Positions 39,295 to 51,133 of a DNA stretch of 64,000 nucleotides are shown piece after piece. The notes under the pieces were generated by a model, which ran no database searches, was not told where the DNA came from, and saw only the letters and a list, made by a program, of their open reading frames with translations. The stretch spans positions 64,542,001 to 64,606,000 of the forward strand of contig NC_043010.1 of assembly GCF_006345805.1 (NCBI RefSeq), in the 5' to 3' direction. Numbering within the stretch: the first letter of the stretch is position 1; the number at the start of each line of letters is the position of its first letter. The position numbers were made by a program, and so were the translations under genes. The DNA is from Octopus sinensis. Its lineage: Eukaryota.

Positions 39295-39660
39295 TTTATT
39301 TTCTTTCATTTTCTTTTACTTGTTTCAGCCATTTGACTGCGGCCATGCTGGAGCACCGCCTTTAGTCGAGCAAATCGACCCTAGGACTTATTCTTTGTAA
39401 GCCTAGTACTTATTCTATCGGTCTCTTTTGCCGAACTGCTAAGTTACGGAGACCTAAACACACCAGCATCGGTTATCAAGCGATGTTGCAGGACAAACAC
39501 AGATACACAACACTCGCGCGCGCGCACATACACACACACACACACACGCATATATATATATATATATATACATATACGACGGTCTTCTTTCAGTTTCCCT
39601 CTACCAAATCCACTCACAAAGCTTTGGTCGGCCCGAAGCTATAGCAGAAGACACTTGCTA
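39295..39660 (-). mobile_element. tRNA-derived SINE lacking its head
   Basis: Tail and core nearly identical to 35388-35640. Confidence 0.85.
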
Positions 39661-40018
39661 ACGTATGCTTTTGGTACCCCCCACACACGCGCACACACAC
39701 GCACACACACACATACACACACACACACACACACGCATATATAAATGAATATGTATATGTGTTTCTGTGTGTTATATGTGCGTGTGTGGGTATGTGGAAA
39801 TGCTTCCCCAAACAAAATACACATAATTTTTGAAGCTCCGATGAAGCTATAATTTGATGCCAGTGCATCTTATAGAAAAAAACAGCTGTAAGCTAATAAG
39901 GTCGCTGACATAATTCATTTTCTTATTCCCTCATTTATTTACTTCATCAATGGCTGCTCTGTACGCAACTGACGTTTTGTTCCGAAGCATATGTATGACG
40001 AGTTATAACACTTAGTTA

Positions 40019-41780
40019 TACATACATACATACATGATGGCTGCCCCCTCTTTATCGAATATGGCCATTGCACGAGGCTTAACTGTTGACGGTACTGTGA
40101 TCGAACGTGACATTTTAGCCCAGCTAAAGATCTACGATATCTTGTACAGAATTGACAGCTAAAACCTTTACCGGCAATAGCCGGCTGTAGTTGTAGCTGG
40201 GCTTCATGTACTTTTGCGTGTCGTTTAAGTCCTCCCGCGTAATTACACTCCTTTCCACATGCCTGACAGATCTGATTAATATGGTGTGTAGCACCACCAG
40301 CAGCGGCCTGGTCGTCAATCATCGATCTCGCTTTATGGCTACCAAGATGACTCTTGGGTCTAGCTTTACTGAGGCAGGGTCTTGCACAGTCACTGCATGT
40401 CAGCATCATAGGAAGACCCTTACCATCTGGAAGTGCAACAGCGATGCCCTTCCTGACATCACTCCTTACTTTCTTATGCGCAACTCGAGATTTCTCGAAA
40501 GTAGCTGTCCCCTCGTGCACAATCCTTCTCCACCTGCTACGGTCAATAGTTATGCCCTCCCATGTGTCAGAGGAGAGGCTAGCATCTCTTAAGGAAGACT
40601 TCAGCAAGTCTTTATAAGTCTTTTTTGGTTTATGTGGAGGTCGTTCTCATTTAGCTAACTCGCAATAAAAGAGTCGTTTTGGCATGCTTGAATCTTTGAT
40701 CCTGACCAGATGACCACTCCATCTGAGCCTTTTCTTCAACACAAGAGCTTCTATACTTTCACACCGAGATCTGAAGATCGCTGATGCGGTCCTCCCACTT
40801 AATGCCATAGATCCATCAAAGACACATCTGATGGAAACGTTCGTTGTTTAAGATGGTATCGATATGTGACCAACGTCTCGCAGACATAAAAAAGAGAAGA
40901 AAAAACACACGCTTTGTTCATCTTTATCTTTGTCTTCTGCACATGTCTCACCGACTCCAGAGGCGCCTTTCTAGCCTTCCGAAAGCATCACTTGCTTTCC
41001 TAGTTCTATATGGAATTTCACTATCCAAATTGCTATATCTATTAACAGTGCTTCCCTGGTAGACTAACTGATCAACTGCACCAAGTCGTTTACCATATAC
41101 ATAGATATTTGGTTCACTATACTGCTTACCAGGGTAGACTGTCCTGAGGTAGTGCAAGTATCAGAAAATGCATTCAAAATGTGTTGCATATCAATCTCTG
41201 TGTGCGCTACTAAATTACAATCATCTGCATACAAAAGGTCTCTTATGATAGAGGTAGATACCTTTGTTTTTGCAGAAAAGCGCCTGATATTAAATATGCT
41301 GCCAGAAGTTCGATAATGGATGTCAACACCATATCTGCAGTTTCTGGACGCAATACAGAAAACCATCGCAAAATATATGGCAAATGGGGTCGGTGCCAGA
41401 ATATCCCCCTGTTTCACTCCATTCTGTATTGAGATAGCCTCCGATATTTTACGTCTAGCATTAACCCTCCCTTCATGTTTTCATGAAAAGACCTTACCAG
41501 AGCAAGGAAATTTTCAGCACAACCAAGTTTCTGGAGGACTTTCCACTGTGCATTTCTATTAACGGTATCGAAGGCTTTTGTGAGATCAACAAAAACCTGA
41601 TAGAAATCCAGCCACTGTTCCTCACACTTCTCCTGAAGCTGTCTAGCTGAGAAGATCACATCAGCAGTGCCGCGTCCCACACGAAAGCCAAATTGACTTT
41701 CTGGAAGAACACAATCTGCAACGTGTTTCAGCAGACGATCCAGAAGTACCCTGTATGAAACCTTTCCCTTTTATGCAAGG
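40019..41780 (-). mobile_element. 5'-truncated RTE-clade LINE with three C-terminal C2H2 fingers and (ATGT)n tail
   Basis: GRGTADVIFSARQLQEKC, FVDLTKAFDTVNR, KQGDILAPTPF, LLYADDC, DRSRWRRIV; tail gcagccatc(atgt)n. Confidence 0.92.
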
Positions 41781-41795
41781 TACATACATACATAT

Positions 41796-41873
<78 letters not shown>

Positions 41874-42043
41874 AATATTAGGGAATAAATCCAAATTTAC
41901 AGGGAAAAAAATCAGATTTAGGATAAATCGATTTTATAGTAAAATATTATAAAATATTATTAGAGACAAAACCACTATTTTGCAAAACAAACAAGGAAAG
42001 ACTTAATCAATACATAAAATTTTAATAAATAGTCAAAAAACCG

Positions 42044-42086
42044 CCACTACAATCGTTTCTTGTCTTGATCGACAATCTTCAGGTGG
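42044..42086 (-). ncRNA. Minimal type I hammerhead, left arm of the palindrome
   Basis: CCAC CTGAAGA TTGTC-gatcaa-GACAA GAAA C-gatt-G TA GTGG. Confidence 0.75.
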
Positions 42087-42140
42087 ACTTCCAATAATTC
42101 AGTATCAAATTATGATAATTGATACTGAATTATTGGAAGT

Positions 42141-42182
42141 CCACCTGAAGATTGTCGATCAAGACAAGAAACGATGTAGTGG
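42141..42182 (+). ncRNA. Minimal type I hammerhead, right arm, stem III loop 1 nt shorter
   Basis: CCAC CTGAAGA TTGTC-gatcaa-GACAA GAAA C-gat-G TA GTGG. Confidence 0.7.
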
Positions 42183-42345
42183 CGGTTTTTTTGACTATTT
42201 ATTAAAATTTTATGTATTGATTAAGTCTTTCCTTGTTTGTTTTGCAAAATAGTGGTTTTGTCTCTAATAATATTTTATATATATATATATATATACACAC
42301 GTGTATGTGTATATATATAAATATAAATATATATATATATATTAT

Positions 42346-42381
<36 letters not shown>

Positions 42382-42500
42382 AATATAAATATAAATAAAT
42401 ATAATATATATATATAGGTAAATATAAAAAAACACAAACTGGGACAAGAACGCAAAACATTTAGAAGATGATACAAAAAAAAAACGGACGGGACATTCGA

Positions 42501-42566
42501 AGCCTTCGATCTTCAGTCAAGAACCGGATCATCTTCGCAATTTCGGCTGATTAATCTTGAGATTGC
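42501..42566 (-). ncRNA. Candidate non-circularly permuted hammerhead-like RNA, best-paired copy (AUC site, C at 42561)
   Basis: GCAAT-C-TCAAG attaatc AGCC GAAA TTGC gaagatgatccggtt CTTGA CTGAAGA tcgaa GGCT. Confidence 0.65.
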
Positions 42567-43194
42567 TCCGAACTGGCCAGCCCCAAAGGACAATCTAAAC
42601 CAAGCGCATTAGATTCCTTGGAAGAAAGCCTCGAATGTATACAAAACAAGGACGGGAACGAATAAGAATACAAAAATACGTAAAATTAATAATGATAACA
42701 CGAATAAGAATACGAAAATACGTAAAAACAATAATGATAATAATGATAACAAAAACAGGACGTTACAGACAGGCGTCTTTTCGACAGGACGGGTGAACTT
42801 GAGCTGGCGCATTGAAAAAATGCCTGAAGACGAAGAGAGAAAAAAAATTGTCTAGCTTATACGGCCGTTGATCACAAAAAGGCAGGACAGCAGTCCAAAG
42901 TTATTCACGTGTGAGAAGAGAGGGGAGAAAAGCGGACAGAGGAAGAGAGAAAGAGAAGGGTCAAAGTGGAGTGCAAAGTGTGAAAGGCAGAGAAATGTAG
43001 GAGAGGGGGAGAGAGAGAGAGAGAGACAGTGTTATAGAGTCGTACCATGTATTAGAGAGAAAATGTATTTTACATACAATATCAAAAGGGGTTACGGGCG
43101 TCGCCATATAATAGGTAAATGTAAAAAAACACAAACTAGGACAAGAAGGGAAAGCATTTAGAAGACGATACAAAAAAACGGACGGGACATTCGA

Positions 43195-43260
43195 AGCCAT
43201 CGATCTTCAGTCAAGAATCGGATCATCTTCGAAATTTCAGCTGATTAATCTTGAGATTAC
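43195..43260 (-). ncRNA. Second-arm copy of the permuted hammerhead-like motif
   Basis: GTAAT-C-TCAAG attaatc AGCT GAAA TTTC ... CTTGA CTGAAGA tcgat GGCT; one mismatch in stem III. Confidence 0.55.
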
Positions 43261-44229
43261 TCCGACCTGGCCAGCCCCAAAGGAAAATCTAAGCCAAGCC
43301 CATTAGATTCCTTGGAAGAAAGCCTCGAATGTATACAAAACAAGGACGGGAACGAATAAAAATACAAAAATACGTAAAATTAATTTTCAACCGAAAACAC
43401 TGCACAGTGGAGAAAATATTCTTCCTGGTTGACATTCTTACGAAGACACATGAGCAACAAAGTCCCGGGTTTACCCTGAGCATCAATGAAGTCACATTAA
43501 CAAGAGTGTTCAGAAGACATTCAGGTCCGAGACTGTGGACGGACAACTTTTAGTATTCCTTACCAATCATTTATACCCAAACAAACTGATTGTGTGAACC
43601 TTTAAATTTATGTCTTTCAAAGACCGCTACATATTCGAGACGTGGAAAGAAACAAACAAACGAAAAACAAATGAAATACTTTTACACTTACATGTCAACA
43701 AACCGTGGTCCCTCAACACTGGGGTCTGCGACTAATTGTTGATACACCACGAGGGAAAGGAATAATTCTTCGTTGAATCCAAAGTAAAACTTTCCAATAC
43801 TTTCTTTTAATAAAATTGATCGAGCTGCAACTTTGGTTATCTCTAAAATCTTCAATGAACAAGAATGAAAATTTCCTGTTCTTTTCAGTGGATCTCACAT
43901 ATTTCTCCTTCCAATATCTGGATGGTGGGTGAGAACTTCTAATCTGAATAGAAGTTTTCTAAAAGTCATTGCTTAGCCACAAATCAGCATTGATAAAGTA
44001 GAACTATGGTAACTTCTGGAAAATTTGTTGCGATGTAGTCAGAAGTCATCCCTTATGCAGCAGTCCCCTAGTTTTGTTTAAATTATAGTTTATCATGTTT
44101 AAATGTGAATTCAAAATAGATATGGACTAGGACGTTATGGATCTAGCTTGCAGTATGGACAGAATTGTTGTTGGTTACTTTTGCAGACCACACATGAAAC
44201 TAAAATAAAAGATTTTGGCTGAGGTGTTA

Positions 44230-45760
44230 GCGAAGAGTTTGGCGCTTGTCGTCGGTAGTCTGATTGGTCATGTGTAGACATGCGTCATTCTTAACAGATT
44301 TCTCCACAGTAAGCACCACCTCATGTGATACATCGTGTATAAAGTGCCTAAGGTATCTTGCACTGGTGCTGCCCTGATGAACTTAAATTAATCAAAATTT
44401 TCGATAGGAACTATCACCAATACTTGACAGCTGTCCTCAAAGCAACTGGTTTCGGCTCCGTCTTCTGTGGTTGGTTCCCCAAACCATACAGCGACATTTG
44501 TTAGGATGAATGGACACCTATTGTAACCATTCAATATCGAACCCACGGTCTGTCAAGGTTGTTTTTTCTTGCCTTATTTGTATTACTATGGAATTTTGCG
44601 ACACTACTAAATTACACGGAAACTAGGATGGAGAAGATCAGCGCAGGTAAAATGTGGACTACGTTACAGATGTAGAGCCAGCCATCAGGCACATCGAAGT
44701 GATCAGCACCTTTGTCAGTGTCTTTGGTGCTGTGACAAGAGCAGGAATAAACCAGGAAAAAATGCTTGGGTGCAACTCATGGACCTGAAGAGGAACATTT
44801 ACATTGCCAATAGTCTTGTTTGGTCCATATTTCTAGGTAGAAAAAGATGGGCAACGTAGCGAGCAGGGAGGCCAATTACCCCTTGAATAAAATAATTTAG
44901 AGGAAACCATCTCTAAAAGGTCGGGCAGCGTGCCTGAACATTTTGCCATGCATCAGTTCACGTTTCACAAGAGTGAAATAACTGTTCTTCCGCTTTTTGT
45001 GGAGGGAATGTTTTCCAGTGGACAAATGATCCATTTGCTATTTGCACATAGTATATAGTGAAGAGGGCATGTCATGTAGAATTATACGGTGGCCAACACT
45101 GAGGCTACGTGATCAACAATTTTTTTTATTTTGAACAGGTGTGGTCACTATGTTCTACACTTTGTTTATTGACAAAAGTGCAGTTCTACGTCAAGCGAAA
45201 ATCGAGCGAAAACAATGGGCATCTGGAATATCATCAGGTGCTCAACACCCTCTACATGTCGAGCAATACGTTAGATGGAAGTTGCACGTTGCTGCTCTAG
45301 GAAAGATTTGTGATGGAGAAATAATTTGCTGGTCGAAGAAATTACGGGCCGGGAGCAATGTATAGTTTCAAGTAATCCATGACTTGGCGGTGGTCCCGAA
45401 GGACTGGGGATGATTTGCCAATTTGAGATAAACTCTCAAACCCGATATCAGCTGTTCTGTTCGAGATGCGCGGGAACTGCTCTAGATGCACTCGTCGAGC
45501 CCTGAGCATTGCTCATACGTGGAGTTATGTGGGAGTCATGGCTTACTGTCACAATAAGTGGATCATGTAATCATCTGAATTCATTGTGAATATCATCATT
45601 ATGCCTTACCTTGGACCGGAAAAGATGGGATGTTTGAATCTACCTGCTAATTCTAGTGGAAGAGAATATGTGGTGGACGAGATTCGCTTTTGGCCAAGAC
45701 GATATCAAGTTTTTCATTGTCACTTAAACATGGAAGATGGGAGCAGAAAATGCTGCCTTT
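44230..45760 (-). mobile_element. Possible heavily decayed Ty3/gypsy pol remnant
   Basis: Only scattered motif-like pieces on the - strand (PFG near 45390, EGV..(Y)LDDI-like near 45230, QT-D-K-like near 44250); frames broken. Confidence 0.3.
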
Positions 45761-46139
45761 CAGCAAATTAGTTGATTTTGCCAACTATTTGTGATTGATA
45801 AAGAGATTATCATCATCACCATCATTATTCTCGATGTAATCGACTTAACAACTTCCTGAAATTACTGGCCTTTTTATCGAAATTTGAAAGCGTTATTATT
45901 TTTGCAGTTGTTGTTGTTGTTGTTGTTGTAAGGCGGTAACCAAGTAGAATCGAGAGGGCACCGGACAAAATTGCTCAGTAATATTTCTTTCGACTTCACC
46001 TTCTGAATTCACATTTCCCTGATGTTTACTTTACATTTTACCGTCCGATTCGTGAACGATGAAATAAGTACCAGTTGAGTACTGGGGTCGATGTAATCTC
46101 TGAAATCTTTCGCACATTTATATGACAATCAGATTCAAT

Positions 46140-46370
46140 TATGGCTTTCATTCGGTCATTATCGTCACAGCAGGTCGACCAGAACGTTGGTCATCTTTGG
46201 GTGAAAAAACAAATTCTGACGTGCCTTCAACACCATAAACTTCGTACATTTCTTTCTCAGTAGCTCTCTTGCCTTTAAAAAAAGCAAAATATGGCGCAAA
46301 TGTCCGTTTACGCACTGAACTAACAGCTGGAAACAAAATTACGCGCAATTTGCATCTAAAGTAAACCAAG
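46140..46370 (-). mobile_element. Mariner transposase N-terminal (HTH) fragment
   Basis: FFKGKRATEKEMYEVYG...DDQRSGRP. Confidence 0.65.
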
Positions 46371-46474
46371 AGTAACGTCTATCAAATGTCAAAAGGAGAA
46401 AATTATAACATTCACAAAAGTCATTCAAAAATATTGTAACTATTTGCGGAAAATGAAATTATTTTCTTGCCAGC

Positions 46475-46512
<38 letters not shown>

Positions 46513-46779
46513 AAATTGAAAATTGTGAGCAAGATTAACAATATTCTTAAGTACTTACTAAACCTGAAAAAGTACAGGACAAGAAGAGTAAGTCTAAAAC
46601 AAAAGAAAAGAGCTTAAAATATTGCAGCTGACCAATCAATTACGCGTAGTCATGTCTCGTTTCTCTGTTTGTTTTTCTCGTTGTTCGAAAAAATGTTCGT
46701 TTTCTATGTTTTTGTTTTTATGTTAAAGTTTCTCATTGTGTTGAACGATTTTTTGATGCCCTGTACCTATATATGCATG

Positions 46780-47113
46780 TATATGTAGGTATGTACATAT
46801 ATGTATGTATATATTAATATATATATGTATATATATATATACATCCATACATACACACACATACCTACATACATACATACATACATACATACATACATAC
46901 ATACATACATACATACATACATACATACATACATACAAACATACATACATACATACATACATACATACAAACATACATACATACATACATACGTACATAA
47001 ATACATACATGCATACATACATACATACATACATACAAACATACATACATACATACATGCATACATACATACATACGTACATAAATACATACATACATAC
47101 ATACATACATACA

Positions 47114-47149
<36 letters not shown>

Positions 47150-47160
47150 TATATATATTC
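46780..47160. repeat. (TACA)n microsatellite
   Basis: Direct inspection. Confidence 0.95.
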
Positions 47161-47679
47161 ATTTCATTTTTATATAAATATATAGGTTTCAAATTCTGGC
47201 ACAGGTGCAACTATTTCTTGGGAAGTTGATAATATTGATCTCAGTAATCAACTGATAGCTTAACGACCTCAAATGGATGAAAAGTAAAATGGAAATTGAA
47301 CTCAGAAACGGATGAAATACCGTCAAGCCCTTCGTGCGCGACGTTCTAACGGTTCCACTACCTCACCGTTTTAGGAGACGAAATGCTGTTAGGCATTTTG
47401 TTCGACGTGATAACGTTTCTCCCAGCTCAGCGCCTTCCTTCTTCAGAGTATTAGATCTCACAATCTCACCACATGTTTCACTATAACGTAGTGATGGAAG
47501 GGTTGTTTTGTATTTTCTTTCACAACGTAAATATAAACTGAATAGAGGCTGTTCCTTCGAGTATATACACCAGGACTAATACAGCTGCATCTTCGGAAAA
47601 TAAAAGAACATTTTTACAATATTTGTAACCTCTTTCTATAATCAGAATAAAACTTGTAGTTTCTTTGTGTTAATATTTC

Positions 47680-47746
47680 AGCGGTGGTGCCCCAGCATGG
47701 CCGCGGCCTTCGGGCTAAAACGTTTTTTAAGGATTTTAAGGATTTG
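47680..47746 (+). mobile_element. Isolated 3' tip of the 1600-6202 LINE family
   Basis: gcggtggtgccccagcatggccgcggccttcgggctaaaac..(aaggattt)x2. Confidence 0.75.
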
Positions 47747-47886
47747 TCGTAATTCAAATGTAAAAAATCTCTTTTGTTTCTAAAATATACCATTACTTAT
47801 CTGAACACTTGTTCACGTTTGTTGCTATTCGCATTCATTTTCCGATTTTTCAGTTTAATAATCTAAACTTATTTCTTTATATACAG

Positions 47887-48036
47887 GAAAATATCATGAA
47901 TTCATAAAGAACGAGTCGAGCACGTATTCCTATTTATTTTCCTCTGATAACAAACAGGCAAAGAAACCCCAGATAAGAATATTCTTCAGAAACACATACA
48001 GATTTAGTACTGTAGAAATTTACAGTAATTTTGCGG
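47887..48036 (+). CDS. Host gene exon C (RKYHEFIKNESSTYSYLFSSDNKQAKKPQIRIFFRNTYRFSTVEIYSNFA)
   Basis: tttctttatatacag acceptor, G|GTGAGA donor (weaker in-frame alternative A|GTAATT after 48024), 150 nt, phase 1-1, open frame. Confidence 0.65.
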
Positions 48037-49249
48037 GTGAGAAACAACATTTCATATTATATTTTATTGTTGATAATGATTGTTGTAGTTATATTTTTCA
48101 TGACGATAAATCGAAATTAATTCGTTTTAAATACACAGTATTCAGATATTATCAATTGAATGACAATATAATATTATTTTATGAAAGTATCAAAATATTG
48201 GTTCACGTTGACTGAGCACGTTTTTTAATGCTTATTAGAAAATTTATAACGATTATTCCAAGTGAGCAGAATCTCTGAAATTATTGGCAACGTGGTATAT
48301 ACGTAGATTCTTACAAGTTTGTGTAAAATCCAAACCGGAATTAGTGCAGGGTGGTTCTTATTTTATCGACCCCCGAAGAATTAGAAGCGAGTTGGACTCG
48401 GCAGAATTTAAGAGGAAAGCGCCGGAATGAATGCTAGTTTGCCACCTAAAATAATGTTAATAATGCAAGTATTTCAGTGCAAAGGTAGACCTTTCCTTAC
48501 CATTCGCTCTCTCTCTCCTCTCCTCTCATCAATATATTTATCAATTTCACGAATGTCGGCTGATTTCAGAGCACGTCTAAGAAAAATAGTCGGTGGTATT
48601 TAATAGTTTTCTCTATGCAGACATAAAAAGCCCAAAATATTTAGCAGAAAGGACACTGCAAGAGTCATACTTACTCAAGTGCATTGATAATGTCAGAAAA
48701 ATGAGATCACTGCAAATTAGTATCGAAATGTAGTCATGGATCTGGCTGACAGGGTGCTAAATATACCATATATACTCAATTTCCAGTTGATACGATGATG
48801 ATGTTGATGATGAAGATGGTGACTTGCAGTTTTTAAAGGAGCAGTTAAGGGCTGTGAAGTAGATCACATGACATATACACTGATATGTATGTATACATAC
48901 GTATCCATGAATATATATAAATATGTGTATGTGCGATTATTGAGTTGATTTGACTCTTATTTCTAGCAATACTATTCACTTTAGTGACATATAAATACAC
49001 ACACACACATACACGCAGACGCACGTGCACACACACTCACACACACTTGTTTTATTTATATTTACTGAAACTTAACATTCTACATACTGGTACTGAGTAG
49101 TGACCCTGTTCACTTTAGTGCATATAAATACACACACACACGCATACACACACATACACACACTTGTTTTATTTATGTTTACTTAAGCCTGACATTTACT
49201 GACATAAATTTTCTGTTTTTACGTATATTGTATATTCTGTTCTCTCTAG

Positions 49250-49393
49250 ATTCAACAATGAAAGTTTCCTTTCCATGAGGAATGGAATGCAAACTAAAAC
49301 CAAACACAAATAAAACAATTTGTATCGGTGACGTAAAGAGTTCTGTATTGGAAATTAATGGGAAAGCTGGAGTTTATCGTATTAAGTTATTTG
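49250..49393 (+). CDS. Host gene exon D (DSTMKVSFP*GMECKLKPNTNKTICIGDVKSSVLEINGKAGVYRIKLF), in-frame TGA at 49276-49278
   Basis: ttctgttctctctag acceptor, G|GTATGT donor, 144 nt, phase 1-1; splicing to exon E gives VYRIKLF-GCPPQLYG, the usual lectin-like-domain to EGF junction. Confidence 0.65.
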
Positions 49394-50039
49394 GTATGTT
49401 GATTTCTCACATTAAAATTGATTTCCAATTGTTTATTCAAATGTATTTGTGGTATTTCATATCATGCATAATCAGTGACATCAAAACCTATTATCAAACG
49501 ACTATTTATCACACATCTTATCATCAAAACAATTTTTTTACTGAGAAAACTTTAAGAAAACGTATTTTCACAAGACACCATATTACTGAAACGATACTTT
49601 TTTCATCTAAGCCTCTTGACATTGAATTAATTTTTTAAAAAGTATTTTGTAAAATACTTTATTTTTGTATACGGATTGCAACACTCTTGTTCCGAATTCG
49701 TGTGTGGAAACAAATCTTGTTGTGTTGGGAGGGTCATTGCCCCAGTAAACATACGTACTGGTTCAAAGTGACATTTTCATTGTTAGTCAAACGGATCAAT
49801 ATTTAACAAACTAACTAACCGATCGTTTGTTTTATGTGTTCGTTAAGCAATCGTTTGCTTGTGTGTCAAGGTGATTTCGTTGCTATTCCTGACCTCATCA
49901 ATGACATTTCCTTTGTTTTAAATTTCTCCCTTGAGTCTGTCTGAGAATTATTCCTACGCCTGTGTTTAGGTATGCTTGTATGAGTGCATGTAGATGAGGA
50001 GTAGCTTATAAGAGAGGCGGAGGGGAGAATAAACGAAGT

Positions 50040-50073
<34 letters not shown>

Positions 50074-50435
50074 CTGTGTGGTTGTGTATATATACACACA
50101 TATGTCTGCCTGTATTTGTGATTTTGTATTCGTGAGCATGAGTGAATTGTAAGTAACCACACATCTACATACACACGAACTATCATACACGCTCAGAGGC
50201 ATAAGAATAATTCTCAGACTGACTCAAGGCAGACCTTTAAAAGAGAAGGCATGTTATTGAATTAATTTATGAAAAAATAAAATAATTGTATCTTTTGTGC
50301 GGTTTGAAATAATTTTCAACTCAAGATAAAGATTTTATATATATAAATATAAATAAACAAATAATAAAAGAATGTATTAATTGTTATACGAAATAAGTTC
50401 GAAAGATGACGGATATTTGTGCAGATATATCTTCT

Positions 50436-50730
50436 GCTTCAGTCATTGGACTGCGGCCATACTGGGGCACTGTTTTGAAAAGTTTTATTTGGTCGAATGA
50501 ATCGACCTCATTACTTATTAAGCAAATGTAAACCAACTCTGGTCATCAAGATATTGTGGGAGACCAACACACCCCCACACACACATATGTTACATACGAA
50601 AAGCTCCTTTCAGTTTCCGTTTGCTAAATACACCAGAACACATTGGTCGGCTCGGGGTTATAGCAGAAGACTTATCCAAGGCGCCACGCAATAGGACTTG
50701 AACCCAGACAAATCTGATTGTGAAGCAAAC
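50436..50730 (-). mobile_element. tRNA-derived SINE, diverged copy
   Basis: cagtcattggactgcggccatactggggca tail; tccaaggcgccacgc..ggacttgaaccc head. Confidence 0.75.
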
Positions 50731-51133
50731 TTTTTGCCCCTATAATAACTTTCAGCAGAAATTGTGTTACAGACTGCAACAATTTTCCCTATAAAAATAT
50801 AAATTTCAAATAAATACGTAATTTGCATTTGAAGATCTCTCTCTCTCTCTCTCTCTCTTCTTAGAGAGAAAGAGAGAGAGAGAGAGAGAGATGAAAGTTC
50901 TGGTGGTTAGGGTGTTGCATCCATGATTGTAAAATCGGTGTTTCAATTCTCGGACCAGTGATGCGTTGAGTTCTAGAGTAAAATTCTTCTTTGACGTTAT
51001 CCCAGTTCACTCAGCTGTAAATGGATAAACCTTCGGCAAACTGGTGTTCTATTCAGGGGGATGTTGGGATGCCAGCCCAGCCAGCCTGAGGCGGCATTAT
51101 TCAAAAGCTATGATAGCGCGAGCAAGTGTAACA

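Larger units (their letters stand above)
41948..42279. repeat. About 332-bp near-perfect palindrome of a Penelope-like terminus, centre at 42114
   Basis: Arms of about 165 bp differ only by three 1-nt indels; no spacer (attat-g-ataat). Confidence 0.95.
42414..43384 (-). mobile_element. ORF-less A-B-A element: direct repeats of about 275 bp (42414-42690, 43111-43384), 697-bp period, each arm with a permuted hammerhead-like motif
   Basis: Arms align end to end with scattered substitutions; purine-rich spacer with no meaningful ORF. Confidence 0.8.

Noticed and set aside
49276-49278. Selenocysteine reading of the in-frame TGA
   Set aside because: No SECIS can be assessed because the 3' UTR is outside the window, the position has no redox-motif context, and this protein class is not a known selenoprotein
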